From positions 698,956-762,955 of the forward strand of contig NMRA01000029.1 of assembly GCA_002633005.1 (NCBI GenBank): DNA of 64,000 bases, read 5' to 3'. The DNA is from Phoronis australis. Lineage: Eukaryota; Animalia; Phoronida. Shown here one piece after another: positions 62,477-64,000 of this stretch (its first letter is position 1; each line of letters begins with the position of its first letter). Position numbers and translations under genes: made by a program. Under the pieces are notes generated by a model. That model ran no database searches. It was not told the DNA's origin and saw only the letters and a program-made list of their open reading frames with translations.

Positions 62477-64000
62477 GGAGTTTAAGTTTTCAATACTTTT
62501 GATTAAAGATAAAAAACAATCCATTAAAATATTCACTTCCCTTTGAAGATGGTAAGCAATATTGACGGGAATGAAAGCGATAATCATTTTGTATTTGACA
62601 GATATTAGTTATTAAGAAAACCTGTATTTATGCGATAAATAGAATACTAATATAAAATGTGAAACAAAGTTTAAAACAGTGCTAATCAGTCATAAAAACG
62701 CATTTTAATTGTTTTTTAAATTTAGAACTCGCTCTAAGCTCGTACAAAATTTTCTCTGAATCATGCTGTTGATGGTTCTGATGCATGCCCATGTAAGTAA
62801 TAATGGTGATGATAACGGGACTTCAGTATCTTCTTAAAACAAAGTGTGGAGAATGGCTAGTAGATAGCATCGACTTTTGGCATTCGTGTTTTGATTCAAA
62901 TCATCCGTACTGTCTTCCTGTGAAAACAAGACATTTGAAATTAACTGCATTTAGGATTATGATTTATGAATATGTAGAACTAACTTATCAGATGTTGGTT
63001 TCTATTTAGTGATTAGCATGATTAGGTTTTCATCCAGCTCTTTAACTCATGCCTTCTTTTCAAATTTAAAGAGAGGCTTTACTTTAAATAATATCACATC
63101 ACAATACGCGCATGTACTATCAATTTCTTGATCTACGATGGCATTTTGGTCGAGTTCCAGAAAATATTCTGGCAGATATTTATTCTTCTCCTGCTCTTCC
63201 AGTGGTCTACAACAATTTCCTCTATCATTTCTTAATGCGCGTTTAATATCCTCAAAGCTCAGCCGAAAACTTTGATTGAGGGATCAAAAACATGTAAGAT
63301 GAGACAATGTATTCGTTTGGTATGAAATCATTTCATAGAAGACACCCAATAACCCAATACATTGACAAACACAAAAAAGTGACTACAATCTGTGAGAGTG
63401 TGACAAAAATGCTCAAAAATATAAAGTATGTGACAGGTTCCTACCGCTTAAAAATGCCCAGTAGGCCTACAGGCTTTTTCAACACATAACACAGCATAGC
63501 AGGTCAGAGCAGAAATAACACGTTGATTCCAGCGCAACAGTAACTTGACATGTATTCCTTTAGGTCTCTGCACCTTAGGAATTCTTTTGTAAGAATATTT
63601 TTGCATCTTGAATTTCGCAAAAGCTAGGCATTTCATTACAAATACAGGGTTCCAACAGACAAACAATAAGATCATTAAATTAACATTTTGTTTTATTTAC
63701 GTTTGATAATTGCAAAAGTTCTTTGAGTATCCCCATTCGACATGTACACGGTCATCACAAATAGTCGCCTCGACAGCAATGTTTTCCACACGTGAGAATT
63801 CCTTACAAACAGCTCATCTTCATAAGAGATACTATTCTTGTGATACTATGGGAAACAGTAACATTATTTTATAACTAACCATCGGAAATAGTCCTTTTGT
63901 GTTGACTTAACGTTCTTCAAAATTCCACCCTTACGATGGCGGTCAATCGTTTTGTATTGTTTCACATTTATTGTCTGTTTAGGTCGAATGTCTTGATAGT

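Overview
AT-rich animal (probably marine invertebrate) genomic DNA from a draft scaffold with N gaps. It is mostly intronic/intergenic and dense with transposable elements. The main result is a 5'-truncated non-LTR retrotransposon of the restriction-like-endonuclease (RLE) type, HERO-like, on the minus strand (~48640-51150). Its single uninterrupted reading frame runs RT thumb - CCHC knuckle - PD-(D/E)xK endonuclease and then into a complete ubiquitin-specific protease (USP, peptidase C19) domain with intact Cys/His/Asp boxes, followed by a 3' UTR whose last ~95 bp also occur as a separate copy about 1.1 kb away. Other content: + strand phase-1 exons encoding thrombospondin type-1 repeats (one frameshifted; possibly an ADAMTS-like gene or pseudogene); a Penelope RT fragment; a Penelope GIY-YIG 3' end with a hammerhead-like motif; a Kolobok element (THAP plus KolX) interrupted by a LINE 3' fragment; a Helentron-type non-autonomous element with a ~146-bp-periodic CTCF-like motif array and two nested DNA transposons; a HIRAN-like pseudogene; tRNA-derived SINEs; many MITEs; tandem repeats. 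All family assignments come from motif recognition by eye; no searches were run.
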